From Candidatus Peregrinibacteria bacterium (GTDB lineage Bacteria > Patescibacteriota > Gracilibacteria > UBA1369): DNA of 64,000 bases. The stretch covers positions 4,770 to 68,769 of the forward strand of contig JADZCU010000030.1 of assembly GCA_020851415.1 (NCBI GenBank), in the 5' to 3' direction. This document shows positions 45,727 through 54,387 of this stretch, piece after piece; within the stretch, counting starts at the first letter, position 1, and each line of letters begins with the position of its first letter. The notes below the pieces were generated by a model. It was not told the DNA's origin and searched no databases. It was given only the letters and a program-made list of their open reading frames with translations. A program made the translations under genes and the position numbers.

Positions 45727-46758
45727 ATGTTAACAAAACTTATGGAAGATAAATTTCTTGAAGCAAAAAAACTGATTGATAAGGCGGATAAAATCCTGTC
45801 CATTTCGCATAAACGTCCCGATGGAGATACTTTGGGAGCCTCATGTGCTTTGTACCTCGGTCTTCAACAGTGGGGTAAAAAGGTTGATATGGCGTGCATA
45901 GATGAAATTCCGGATCGTTTTAAATTTCTGACCGACATGAATAAAGTTATTCATGAGTTCAATTTTCGTGATTACGATTTGATCATTGTTTCAGATGCCG
46001 GTGCTTCTTATATGACCCGCTATCATGAAATCTACCCGGATATTTTTAAAGGGGATGTTCCGGTAATCAATTTTGACCATCATTCTTCAAACGATAATTT
46101 TGGCACCTGTAACATTGTCAGTGTTCAAAGTGCTTCAGCTACCATTATCATTTATAAATTTCTCAAGTTTGTGGGTATTCCCATTACTCCGCAGATGGCA
46201 ACAGCGTTACTTACCGGTATATATAATGACACCGGTAGTTTGATGCATTCCAATACTACGTTGGAAGTTTTTGAAATTTCCGGAAAGTTGATGGAATTGG
46301 GTGGACGCATTCATCAGGTTGCCAAAAATCTTTTCCGTACCAACCCAATTTCCACATTAAAACTTTGGGGTAAGGTTTTGGATAATGCCTATATAAATGA
46401 TGAAGGTGTAACGGTTTCTGCGGTAACCTGGAAAGATTTTGAAGAATGTGATGCAGGTTCGGACGAAATTTCCGGCGTGATCGATTTATTAAATTCCGTC
46501 CCCGGTTCTAAATATGCCTGTTTATTAAACGAAGATCTTGGTGGAAAAATTAAAGGATCATTCCGTACTCAGCGTGAAGATGTTGATGTTGCGGCGCTGG
46601 CTGCGCAATTTGGTGGCGGAGGGCACAAAAAAGCCGCTGGATTTACTATGCCGGGCAGACTTCACCGTGAAGTTCATTGGAAAATAAATCCTGAACTTTC
46701 CGACGACCAGCTTCAACAAATTCCTGGATCAACTCAAATTCCGTTTTTACAAAAGTAG
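45727..46758 (+). CDS. DHH/DHHA1 phosphoesterase (NrnA-like oligoribonuclease/pAp phosphatase)
   Basis: ISHKRPDGDTLGAS, VSDAG, NFDHH and GGGHKKAAG. I prefer the ATG at 45727 (MLTKLMEDKF). Confidence 0.85.
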   Translation: MLTKLMEDKFLEAKKLIDKADKILSISHKRPDGDTLGASCALYLGLQQWGKKVDMACIDEIPDRFKFLTDMNKVIHEFNFRDYDLIIVSDAGASYMTRYHEIYPDIFKGDVPVINFDHHSSNDNFGTCNIVSVQSASATIIIYKFLKFVGIPITPQMATALLTGIYNDTGSLMHSNTTLEVFEISGKLMELGGRIHQVAKNLFRTNPISTLKLWGKVLDNAYINDEGVTVSAVTWKDFEECDAGSDEISGVIDLLNSVPGSKYACLLNEDLGGKIKGSFRTQREDVDVAALAAQFGGGGHKKAAGFTMPGRLHREVHWKINPELSDDQLQQIPGSTQIPFLQK

Positions 46759-46793
46759 AAGGTTCTATATAATAGGCGAGATAACAATCTTTT

Positions 46794-47771
46794 ATGGTCG
46801 TTTTTCGACGGATTCTCGCAGGCCTTCTGGTTTTCCTTTTTATCCTCAGTTCGTTACCCACATTCGCTGTTTATAGCGTTTCGAATACTTATTTGCGTCC
46901 CCAATTTTACAGCGGGAAAATAGTGCAGGGGACTTATGATTTTCTAGTTTCTTTTACGGCAAAAAATCTTCACACCGCCGATCCAATCATTGAGGAACAC
47001 TTTACTGAAACCGATCTTAAACGTGAGATAGAAAAAGTATTTCCCCGTGAAATGTTTCAGGCAGTCGCGGATGATATGGCTGTACAGATGGAGAAGTTTC
47101 AAAAAGATCCCACTAAGCCGGTGACAATTTCCATGAAAAAGTTTCGTGATAGTTTGGTGACACTTTCGCATGGTCTTTCGTACCTTTTATTCGAGAGTTT
47201 CCCCAAATGTGATGAAGCGGTTTTTCCAGAATATAAGGAAAATGGTCTACCTACCTGTGTACCAGTGGGTGTTGAATATAATTTAATAGCAGCTCCTTTT
47301 TCCAGTCAGTTTGAGTCGGCGATTTATCAGTCTGTTCCGGAGCAAATTCAGCTGGACTTGGCTACCGCTACGGGTGGCGAAAATGGGGCAGCCCTGTGGT
47401 TGAAAAATTTCGATACCATTCGATTTATTTTGTATATTGTTTTGATCTGTTTGTTGATCGTTATTGCGTTTTTGATTTATAAACCTTTTTCGTTAATAGT
47501 TTTTTATGAAGGTTTTGCTTTTTTGATCAGCGGTGTTATGGGTTATTTTATGGCTTATGGACTTGGTACTATGCCTCAGTATCTTTTTGAACAGATCACG
47601 AAAGATGATCCATCAAAACAGACAGCTGAATTAGCCGCTTACCTGCAGTATCTTTTCGATTTTTTGATTGATGAGATGCAAAGAATTTCCTTAACTTTTT
47701 TGGCGTTGGGTGGAGTTCTGCTACTGGTGAGATTTTTCATGATCAGCCGCTACAGGTCTGAGCAAGTGTGA
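46794..47771 (+). CDS. hypothetical membrane protein (325 aa)
   Basis: N-terminal TM helix plus three C-terminal TM helices. No motif recognised. Confidence 0.55.
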   Translation: MVVFRRILAGLLVFLFILSSLPTFAVYSVSNTYLRPQFYSGKIVQGTYDFLVSFTAKNLHTADPIIEEHFTETDLKREIEKVFPREMFQAVADDMAVQMEKFQKDPTKPVTISMKKFRDSLVTLSHGLSYLLFESFPKCDEAVFPEYKENGLPTCVPVGVEYNLIAAPFSSQFESAIYQSVPEQIQLDLATATGGENGAALWLKNFDTIRFILYIVLICLLIVIAFLIYKPFSLIVFYEGFAFLISGVMGYFMAYGLGTMPQYLFEQITKDDPSKQTAELAAYLQYLFDFLIDEMQRISLTFLALGGVLLLVRFFMISRYRSEQV

Positions 47772-47864
47772 TGACATAATTGTACGGCGCGTTGATCGCA
47801 GACGAAGATCTTTGCCCAAATTGTTAAAACGCACTATAATTTCCGAGAAGTTTTTTGAGTATCT

Positions 47865-48242
47865 ATGACACACCACCGTTACCTCGCCATTATTTCTATT
47901 GCCGGCATATTGAGCTGGGTTGCCTGGACAGTTGTGATCAATAAACTTGATCCATTTGAGTCTACCGGACTCGCGCTCGGGCTTTTTTATTTGAGTCTTT
48001 TCTTTGCGCTTACCTGCACATTTACCGTAATCGGATTTTATTTCCGACTGTGGCTGAATCGAAATGAAATTTATTATAACCATATCAATATTGCTTTGCG
48101 TCAGGGGCTTTTTCTTACGTTAATCGCACTGGGTTGTCTGACGTTTCAATTATTGGGAGTGCTCACCTGGTGGTCGGGACTTTTGTTTATTGCCGCGATT
48201 ACCGCTTTCGAATTTTATTTTATGGCAAGGGAGCAGGTGTAG
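47865..48242 (+). CDS. hypothetical 4-TM membrane protein (125 aa)
   Basis: Hydrophobic helices throughout. No motif recognised. Confidence 0.55.
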   Translation: MTHHRYLAIISIAGILSWVAWTVVINKLDPFESTGLALGLFYLSLFFALTCTFTVIGFYFRLWLNRNEIYYNHINIALRQGLFLTLIALGCLTFQLLGVLTWWSGLLFIAAITAFEFYFMAREQV

Positions 48243-48427
48243 AGTGTGCAGACTTTTTCCATGAGCAGCGTCACTGAATAGCCCAACGTTCAATTATGGA
48301 GGGACGGTTACTTTTTGTCAGTTCGCGCTTTCCCTTTTTGAAAGCGGATTTGATTGTTTTGCCAGTTGATAGTGGATTAGGTCTGCACGTGCAGACGCAA
48401 TTTGTAATGAAATTTAATTTTGGATAG

Positions 48428-49523
48428 GAGAAAGAGCGCCGTTGTACCTTGTGGGTATTCCGGCGCTCATTCTCTCTGCCTTCGCGATCTTGTGTCCGGG
48501 TGTTCCTGAGGCCAGGATCACCACGGGGTTGCGGCCATCGCCACTTGCGCATCATCTGCGCTGGGGGGACGCCGCTCGGCCAGGGGCACATCACTCGGCC
48601 TTGGCTTCTTTGGCGCGGAGCCAGTCGCTGTAGTTGGCCATGAGCGTGGCCGTGTTGCTCTCGATCTTGGCCAGGCGACCATCGAGCTTGCCCATGTCCT
48701 CCTCGTAGCGCTTGACCGTCAAGTAGCCGCCGTCGGGGACGGGGGCCGGCTTGTAGGTGGTGATGTAGCGGACGGTCTGGGCGGTGGGCTGGCCGCGGTC
48801 GTCGACGAGCGCGCCGATGGTGAACAGGGCGTCGCCCGGGATGGCCGTGGTGGTCTCGCCGTCCTTGTAACGGCCAGCGAGCTTCAACTGGTCCAGCGTG
48901 GCGTACTTGAGCGTGCCGGCGTTGGCCGCGGCGACCTTGGAGAGATCGAGGATGCGGTACCAGCAGGTGCCCGTGGAGGGGCAGACGCTGGAGGCGATGA
49001 GGAGATCCTCACGCCCGCGAACCGCGAACTTCTCGAAGCTCACCTGGGTGGCGCCATCGACGACGCACGGATCCACCACGACGGTCTTGCCGTCCTTGGT
49101 GAACCGCACGAACGACTTCACGACTCCGCCGAAGGCGTCCTTGACGAGCGACTGCCCGCAGAGATCCTGCAGCGTGCCGAGCTGCTGGGCCTTGGGCGCC
49201 GACGGCGACGTCGTGCCCGGGGGCGGCGACGTCGCCATGCCCGGGGGCGGGGACGCCGAACCCGTGAGAGCGGGATCGGGGCCGATGGGGGCGTCCTTGC
49301 CGCAGGCGGTGAGGCCGGCGGTGACGATGAGCGAAACGAGCGCGGAACGAAACGTGGCGTTGTACATTGTGATGAACCTGAACCTTCCTGACCTTAGAGG
49401 TCAATGGGGACCGAACGATGGGTTATGGAACGAGACTGGGAACGTGCATTTGTGATGCACGTTGACACTGCTTTGGGCGCATGCCCGGGTGTGTGTGAAC
49501 CCTCACTCTTCAACCTTGAAGAG
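48428..49523. other. compositionally foreign high-GC segment
   Basis: Hand counts of lines 48661, 48721, 48841 and 49201 give 37, 41, 38 and 49 G+C per 60 nt. Flanking lines 47461 and 50041 give 14 and 30. The left edge coincides with a 14-bp-stem hairpin (48428-48441 / 48461-48474, one mismatch). The right edge coincides with the palindrome at 49506-49523. Confidence 0.8.
48591..49367 (-). CDS. lipoprotein of unknown function with high-GC codon usage
   Basis: 258 aa. Signal peptide with lipobox (VTAGLTAC), a Pro-rich linker (SPPPGMATSPPPGTTSPSAP), then a Cys-containing globular part. Nearly every codon ends in G or C. By my reading 16 of 17 Lys codons are AAG. The overlapping long ORFs in other frames are typical high-GC shadows. 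Confidence 0.7.
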   Translation of the reverse strand: MYNATFRSALVSLIVTAGLTACGKDAPIGPDPALTGSASPPPGMATSPPPGTTSPSAPKAQQLGTLQDLCGQSLVKDAFGGVVKSFVRFTKDGKTVVVDPCVVDGATQVSFEKFAVRGREDLLIASSVCPSTGTCWYRILDLSKVAAANAGTLKYATLDQLKLAGRYKDGETTTAIPGDALFTIGALVDDRGQPTAQTVRYITTYKPAPVPDGGYLTVKRYEEDMGKLDGRLAKIESNTATLMANYSDWLRAKEAKAE

Positions 49524-49910
49524 CTGAGTCTGACTGTTCTGGACTATTGATTTTGGTTGATTAAACATATCAATTGCTCATGATAATGTCCCCAAAAAAA
49601 TCAGGCTTAGCTCCTCAAAGGAGAGTATTTGTGATTTGATCGCGAAGCAGAGAGTATATCTACCTAAGACATGGCTTTCTCAGTAGTACTGGAAAACCCT
49701 GAATCAAAGGCAGGTAGCTCTCTGCTTACGTAGCTGATTTTCAAGGTGCAAACACATCTTTGGCACATTTATAGCCAAAGGAGGGTAATCTTAACGCCAA
49801 ATTGCTTATTTGTCAAGCTGTCGGAGGCTTGATCTCAGCACCGTAGCGAAAACTACCATCTTACTTGAAGACGGTTTCGTCCCTGATATTACAATGAAAT
49901 ATCACTAATT
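49368..49910. other. 543-nt ORF-free, hairpin-dense spacer
   Basis: No ORF of 60 or more codons on either strand. Structural elements seen: 49441-49463, 49506-49523, the 49645-49727 long-range helix, 49758-49780 and 49813-49832 (details in findings). Confidence 0.5.
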
Positions 49911-50690
49911 TTAATAGGTTGGATCCGGTATGGCAGAAAGTTTGTTGAGTGGCCAAAGAATCAGCCAGGCTTTCCCTTCAATATGATCCATGGTGAGGAA
50001 AGAGCTTTCGTTTTCACCCTTACAAATTTCGCCACCGGCTTTTTCTTTAAAACAGCTTCGGGCATCGGAACTGGCTACGCGGTTATCTCCCAGGGCAAAG
50101 TACTGATCTTTTGGTACTTCAAAAAGGGTTAAATCGTCACGATATGGGTGAGTGTTTCCTGAATTTATGCTGTTTAAATATGTTTCCTTGAGTTCGAACC
50201 CTTCCGGATGTTCTTCATTGAAAATGTATATTTTGCCATTTTTCAGTTGAACTGTGTCGCCGGGTACACCTATAACTCGTTTGATAAAGAACTCATCGGT
50301 TGTTTGGGGTGGATGGAAAACAATGATGTCACCACGTTTTGGTAGTCCCACCTGCCATCCCAGGAAGTTTTGATAACCGAATTTATTTACGATCAGATAT
50401 TCACCGTAACTGCGTTGGCACACTCCATCCACATTGTTAAGCGTGTCACACATGGAAGGTCCGAATACCTGGAAAGGGGATATAACAAAGGTTCTGATCA
50501 AAAAGACCAATCCGACTATTATGACGATATTCAGTAAAAGATCTAATGAAAAGGCCAAATATTCACGATTTTGCGCGTTGATCATCTTTTTCTTGCTGGT
50601 GACGCGCGGTTTAGATTCGCTTTCTGATGTTTGATTGACTGGTTGAGTTTCTGCTATTTCACCTGGGTTTTGTTCGTCTGGGAAATTCAT
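49911..50690 (-). CDS. lepB: signal peptidase I
   Basis: 259 aa. TM anchor, catalytic Ser box GPSMCDTL, Lys box (FIKRVIGVPGD) and GDNRVASSDAR. Confidence 0.9.
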   Translation of the reverse strand: MNFPDEQNPGEIAETQPVNQTSESESKPRVTSKKKMINAQNREYLAFSLDLLLNIVIIVGLVFLIRTFVISPFQVFGPSMCDTLNNVDGVCQRSYGEYLIVNKFGYQNFLGWQVGLPKRGDIIVFHPPQTTDEFFIKRVIGVPGDTVQLKNGKIYIFNEEHPEGFELKETYLNSINSGNTHPYRDDLTLFEVPKDQYFALGDNRVASSDARSCFKEKAGGEICKGENESSFLTMDHIEGKAWLILWPLNKLSAIPDPTY

Positions 50691-50783
50691 CTGGTGTGGC
50701 TCAAAAAAATGTACAAAGCAAATTAAATTCTACCCGTTTTTCCCTTTGTTTACAAGAGAAGCTCGTGATACAATTTATGTGAT

Positions 50784-51362
50784 ATGTATCTGTCGACTTT
50801 CTTTTTTGCGCCATATCTTGAACAGGGTGAAAAGGTTCTTCATGTCTTTCACCGGCATCCGTTTGTCATGTTTCAGGATCTTTTTAGAATCAGCTTTTTC
50901 GGTATAGCAATTCCGGCTTTTTTGTATTATTTATTTCCCCAGTTTGTACTGTTTTTTGCCATTTGGGTGGTGGTGAGTCTTATTCGTATAATGTATGTGT
51001 TTTTTAACTGGTATCATGATGCCTTGTTGGCCACAAATGTGAGTTTGATTGCCGTACAGTGGAACGGTTTTTTTGATCGTACTTCCAGTAGGCTTGAGTA
51101 TCAGAATATTGATGGAACTTCATGTGAAATCCGTGGATTTAGGCGCACCATTTTTAACTATGGTCATGTAACTATTTCTGGGAGTACGACTTTGACTTTA
51201 AAGGATGCCGTTAATCCGAAAAAAATTGAGCGTAAGGTGATGCAGGAGCAGGAACACTATATGCATAACCTTCATATGAGCGACAGTAATGCCATTAAGA
51301 CGTTGTTAACAGATGTGGTTCGAAGGCACGCTGAAACTAAACCGGCGCCTGAAGCTGATTAA
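50784..51362 (+). CDS. membrane protein with bacterial PH-like (bPH_2/DUF304-like) domain
   Basis: Two TM helices are followed by a beta-rich domain of about 80 aa (LIAVQWNGFFDRTSSRLEYQNIDGTSCEIRGFRRTIFNYGHVTI). The assignment rests on general resemblance only. Confidence 0.5.
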   Translation: MYLSTFFFAPYLEQGEKVLHVFHRHPFVMFQDLFRISFFGIAIPAFLYYLFPQFVLFFAIWVVVSLIRIMYVFFNWYHDALLATNVSLIAVQWNGFFDRTSSRLEYQNIDGTSCEIRGFRRTIFNYGHVTISGSTTLTLKDAVNPKKIERKVMQEQEHYMHNLHMSDSNAIKTLLTDVVRRHAETKPAPEAD

Positions 51363-51367
51363 TTTTT

Positions 51368-51784
51368 ATGAATTTTGGTCTGGATTTCAATTGGACGGTC
51401 ATTATTGTTTTATTTTTGCTCTTTGATGCGTTTGTTTTGTGGTATGTGTTTGTTAAAAAGCGCAAAAACAAAATTCCGGAACAGAAGCGAATGTATTATT
51501 TAAAAATTTGGAGATCTCTCGGCCAAAAATCCCACAAGGAGGCCATTATGGAGGCTGATAAGATTTTGGATAAGCTATTGGAGCACAGGGGATACAGCGG
51601 TTCACTGGGGGATAAACTGAAAAGGGCTGATGCGATATTCACTGATGTGAATTCGGTTTGGGAAGCGCATAAGCTTCGCAATAGACTTGCTCATGAACTG
51701 GGCTTTCATGTTTCACCGGAGATGGCAAAACGCGCACTGAAATCTTTTGAAAAAGCTTATAAAGACCTAGGACTATTTTCGTAA
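51368..51784 (+). CDS. membrane-anchored small helical protein with R-x4-H motif
   Basis: 138 aa. One N-terminal TM helix, then a helical domain containing WEAHKLRNRLAHE. Confidence 0.55.
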   Translation: MNFGLDFNWTVIIVLFLLFDAFVLWYVFVKKRKNKIPEQKRMYYLKIWRSLGQKSHKEAIMEADKILDKLLEHRGYSGSLGDKLKRADAIFTDVNSVWEAHKLRNRLAHELGFHVSPEMAKRALKSFEKAYKDLGLFS

Positions 51785-51789
51785 ATTTT

Positions 51790-52386
51790 TTGTATATGAA
51801 GCCTTTTGTCCTTGGTATAGCCGGTTTTATCGGCTCGGGAAAAACCACAGCTGGAGATTATTTTCAGAATTTGGGAGCTGAGTTTGTTGATTCTGATGAC
51901 ATTGTAAATGAATTGTATCAACCCAATAACGATGGTTGGCTGAAGATTATGAACTATTTTGGCCGTGATTTTTTGCTGGCGGGGAATCAAATCAATAGAC
52001 GCAAACTGGCTAAATTTGTTTTTCAGCATCCCGGTAAGTTACAAATTTTAAACCACATGATTCATCCATTGGTTGCTCATGAGGTTATGAAAATCATTGA
52101 CCACTGCGAAAAAGATGTTCTTGTTGTTGAGGCGACATATTTTGATAAGCAAGGTTTGTTGAAATACGTGGATGAAGTTTTGTGGATAGATTGTGAACGA
52201 GAAATTTTGTGGAAACGAGCCTTAAAGAGAGATGAAATTGATCGCAAGCTTTTTGATCAGATTATGAGATGCCAGAAGAAGCCTGAGAAAATCGATCATG
52301 TTGTAACAAATAACAACGGCCGGGATGAGCTTACCAGTCAATTAAAAGATCTTTGGTACGAGATTCAGGAGAAAAACCATCATTGA
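51790..52386 (+). CDS. coaE: dephospho-CoA kinase
   Basis: 198 aa. The P-loop GIAGFIGSGKTT sits at the extreme N-terminus, followed by a DSD motif (VDSDDIV). Confidence 0.85.
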   Translation: MYMKPFVLGIAGFIGSGKTTAGDYFQNLGAEFVDSDDIVNELYQPNNDGWLKIMNYFGRDFLLAGNQINRRKLAKFVFQHPGKLQILNHMIHPLVAHEVMKIIDHCEKDVLVVEATYFDKQGLLKYVDEVLWIDCEREILWKRALKRDEIDRKLFDQIMRCQKKPEKIDHVVTNNNGRDELTSQLKDLWYEIQEKNHH

Positions 52387-52440
52387 GGCTTTTTATGACT
52401 TTTGGTATAGTGAACTGGTACTTAAGTCTAAAGTTTTTTT

Positions 52441-53880
52441 ATGGAAAATAGTAAATATGAAGTAGTGATTGGTTTGGAGATACACGCCCAGATTTCCATT
52501 CAGACCAAAATGTTTTGCTCATGCAGCAGTGACTCTTTTAATAAGGAGCCGAATTTGAATGTTTGTCCCGTGTGTATGGGGTTTCCCGGACAACTCCCCG
52601 TTATTAACAAGGAGGCTGTTCGAAAAGGTTTGATTGCGGCTTTGGCTTTGCATTGTGAAATTCCAGGATTTAGTAAGTTTGACCGTAAGAACTATTTTTA
52701 TCCGGATTTACCGAAAGGTTTTCAAATTTCCCAATATGACCAGCCGGTTTCTCAAATGGGATGGTTGGATATTGATGTAGCAGGAACCATGAAGAAGATT
52801 CATATTACCCGACTACATTTGGAAGATGATGCCGGAAAATTATCGCATATTGAAAATGGAACATTGTGTGATTATAACCGTTCAGGAATCGCCCTGATGG
52901 AAATTGTGAGCGAGCCTGAACTTCGAAGTAGCGCCGAAGCTGGAGCTTACGCGCGGGCTATGCAGACAATTCTTCGATATGTTGGCTCTTCCGATGCTGA
53001 TATGGAAAAGGGGAAGATGCGTTTTGATGCCAGTGTTTCACTTCGTTTGAAAGGCGAAGCGAAATTAAATCCACGTGCTGAAATAAAGAATTTGAACTCG
53101 TTTAGATCTTTGGAATCTGCGATCGATTATGAAATTGAACGTCAAGCTGCCTTGTATGAGGAAGGAAAAGGATTGGAGGGCAATATTACCGTCGGCTGGT
53201 CGGATGAACTGCAAAAAACCTATTTCCTCCGCGATAAAGAAGGGGCAGATGATTATAGGTATTTCCCGGAACCAGATTTGCCGCCACTTATTGTTACTCC
53301 GGATTTTATCGCCGAATTGCAAAAAGAGGTTCCCGAACTCCCGACTGATAAGCAGGCGAGATATAGAAATGATTGGAAAATTTCCGAGGCTGAATCTTTG
53401 TTGCTTACGTCAGATTTATCCCTTGCTCAATATTTTGAAGAGATAGTTTCAAAGACAGAAGATCCGAAAAAAGCTGCATCTTTTGTTGGGACCATTTTGA
53501 TGTCCAAATTGAAGCGAGATGTTTTATCTATTCAGGAGTCTAAAGTTTCAGCTGACATGATCGCCAAACTTATTAATCTTATCAATAAAGGAAAATTATC
53601 AATGAACAGCGCAAAGGCTGAGGTGTTTGACGTTATGTATGAACAGGGGACTGATCCGGAAGTTATTATTAAAGAAAAAGGGCTTGAAGTTGTCAGTGAT
53701 GCAGGACAGCTTGAGGAAATTTGTAAAAAGGTTTTAGCTGACAATCCTCAATCTGTGGTTGATTATAAGGCTGGTAAGGATAAGGCTTACTTTTTCCTGG
53801 TTGGCCAGGTCATGAAAGCGACCAAGGGGCAGGCTAATGCCGACATGGTTAATGAAATTCTTAAAAAAATTATTGCTTAA
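52441..53880 (+). CDS. gatB: Asp/Glu-tRNA amidotransferase subunit B
   Basis: 479 aa. YEVVIGLEIHAQ, CPVCMGFPGQLPV and HLEDDAGK, plus a C-terminal YqeY-like tail (GQVMKATKGQAN). Confidence 0.95.
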   Translation: MENSKYEVVIGLEIHAQISIQTKMFCSCSSDSFNKEPNLNVCPVCMGFPGQLPVINKEAVRKGLIAALALHCEIPGFSKFDRKNYFYPDLPKGFQISQYDQPVSQMGWLDIDVAGTMKKIHITRLHLEDDAGKLSHIENGTLCDYNRSGIALMEIVSEPELRSSAEAGAYARAMQTILRYVGSSDADMEKGKMRFDASVSLRLKGEAKLNPRAEIKNLNSFRSLESAIDYEIERQAALYEEGKGLEGNITVGWSDELQKTYFLRDKEGADDYRYFPEPDLPPLIVTPDFIAELQKEVPELPTDKQARYRNDWKISEAESLLLTSDLSLAQYFEEIVSKTEDPKKAASFVGTILMSKLKRDVLSIQESKVSADMIAKLINLINKGKLSMNSAKAEVFDVMYEQGTDPEVIIKEKGLEVVSDAGQLEEICKKVLADNPQSVVDYKAGKDKAYFFLVGQVMKATKGQANADMVNEILKKIIA

Positions 53881-53889
53881 ATTTTTCTT

Positions 53890-54282
53890 ATGGATGGACT
53901 TCAATTTTTATATTTTTCATTGGGAGCTGGTGTTATAGCTCTTGTTATATTTCTTTGTATCGCGCTTTTTCATTTCATTCGTATATTGAGTGATGTTGCA
54001 GATGCTTCGGATAGTGTGAAAGAAACCGCTGAGAAGGTGAATGAAACGGTTGCCGAGGTGGCGGATAAGGTTGTGGAGGTGGCGGATCAGGTTAGTACCT
54101 ATGTTGTAAAACCTGTTTCCATGGTTCACTTTTTTATGGATAAATTTAAACCCTTTTTGGATATGGTTCAGAAGAAAGGTTCTAATTTAAGTGATGATGA
54201 AGAGGAGGACGACGAAGACGAAGAGGAGGAAGCCCCTAAGAAATCAAAGAAGCGACGCAGCTTTGGTAAAAAAAGAAAGTAG
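53890..54282 (+). CDS. hypothetical membrane-anchored protein with acidic then basic tail
   Basis: 130 aa. One TM helix, a helical segment, then DDEEEDDEDEEEEAPKKSKKRRSFGKKRK. Confidence 0.55.
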   Translation: MDGLQFLYFSLGAGVIALVIFLCIALFHFIRILSDVADASDSVKETAEKVNETVAEVADKVVEVADQVSTYVVKPVSMVHFFMDKFKPFLDMVQKKGSNLSDDEEEDDEDEEEEAPKKSKKRRSFGKKRK

Positions 54283-54301
54283 CGCATTGATGAGTTTTCT
54301 T

Positions 54302-54332
54302 AAAAAGCATCTCGGATAGGGATGCTTTTTTG
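54302..54332. terminator. bidirectional rho-independent terminator
   Basis: AAAAAGCATC (54302-54311), 9-nt loop, GATGCTTTTT (54321-54330). It lies between convergent genes. Confidence 0.7.
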
Positions 54333-54387
54333 GTTGTTTCTTTAAGCCTTTCGGATTGAGGGGACGCGAATGTATGAATGGTAAAAT

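Noticed and set aside
48271-49455. ORFs 48271-48594(-), 48442-48643(+), 48898-49455(+) and 49009-49404(-) in the high-GC segment
   Set aside because: These are typical alternative-frame open frames of high-GC DNA, Arg/Pro/Gly-rich. Only 48591-49367(-) has a start context, a signal peptide with lipobox, and a strong third-position G/C bias in its own frame.
50191-50201. tRNA T-arm-like string AGTTCGAACCC
   Set aside because: It lies inside the lepB coding region, and the flanks cannot be drawn into acceptor, D or anticodon arms. I found no tRNA gene in the window.
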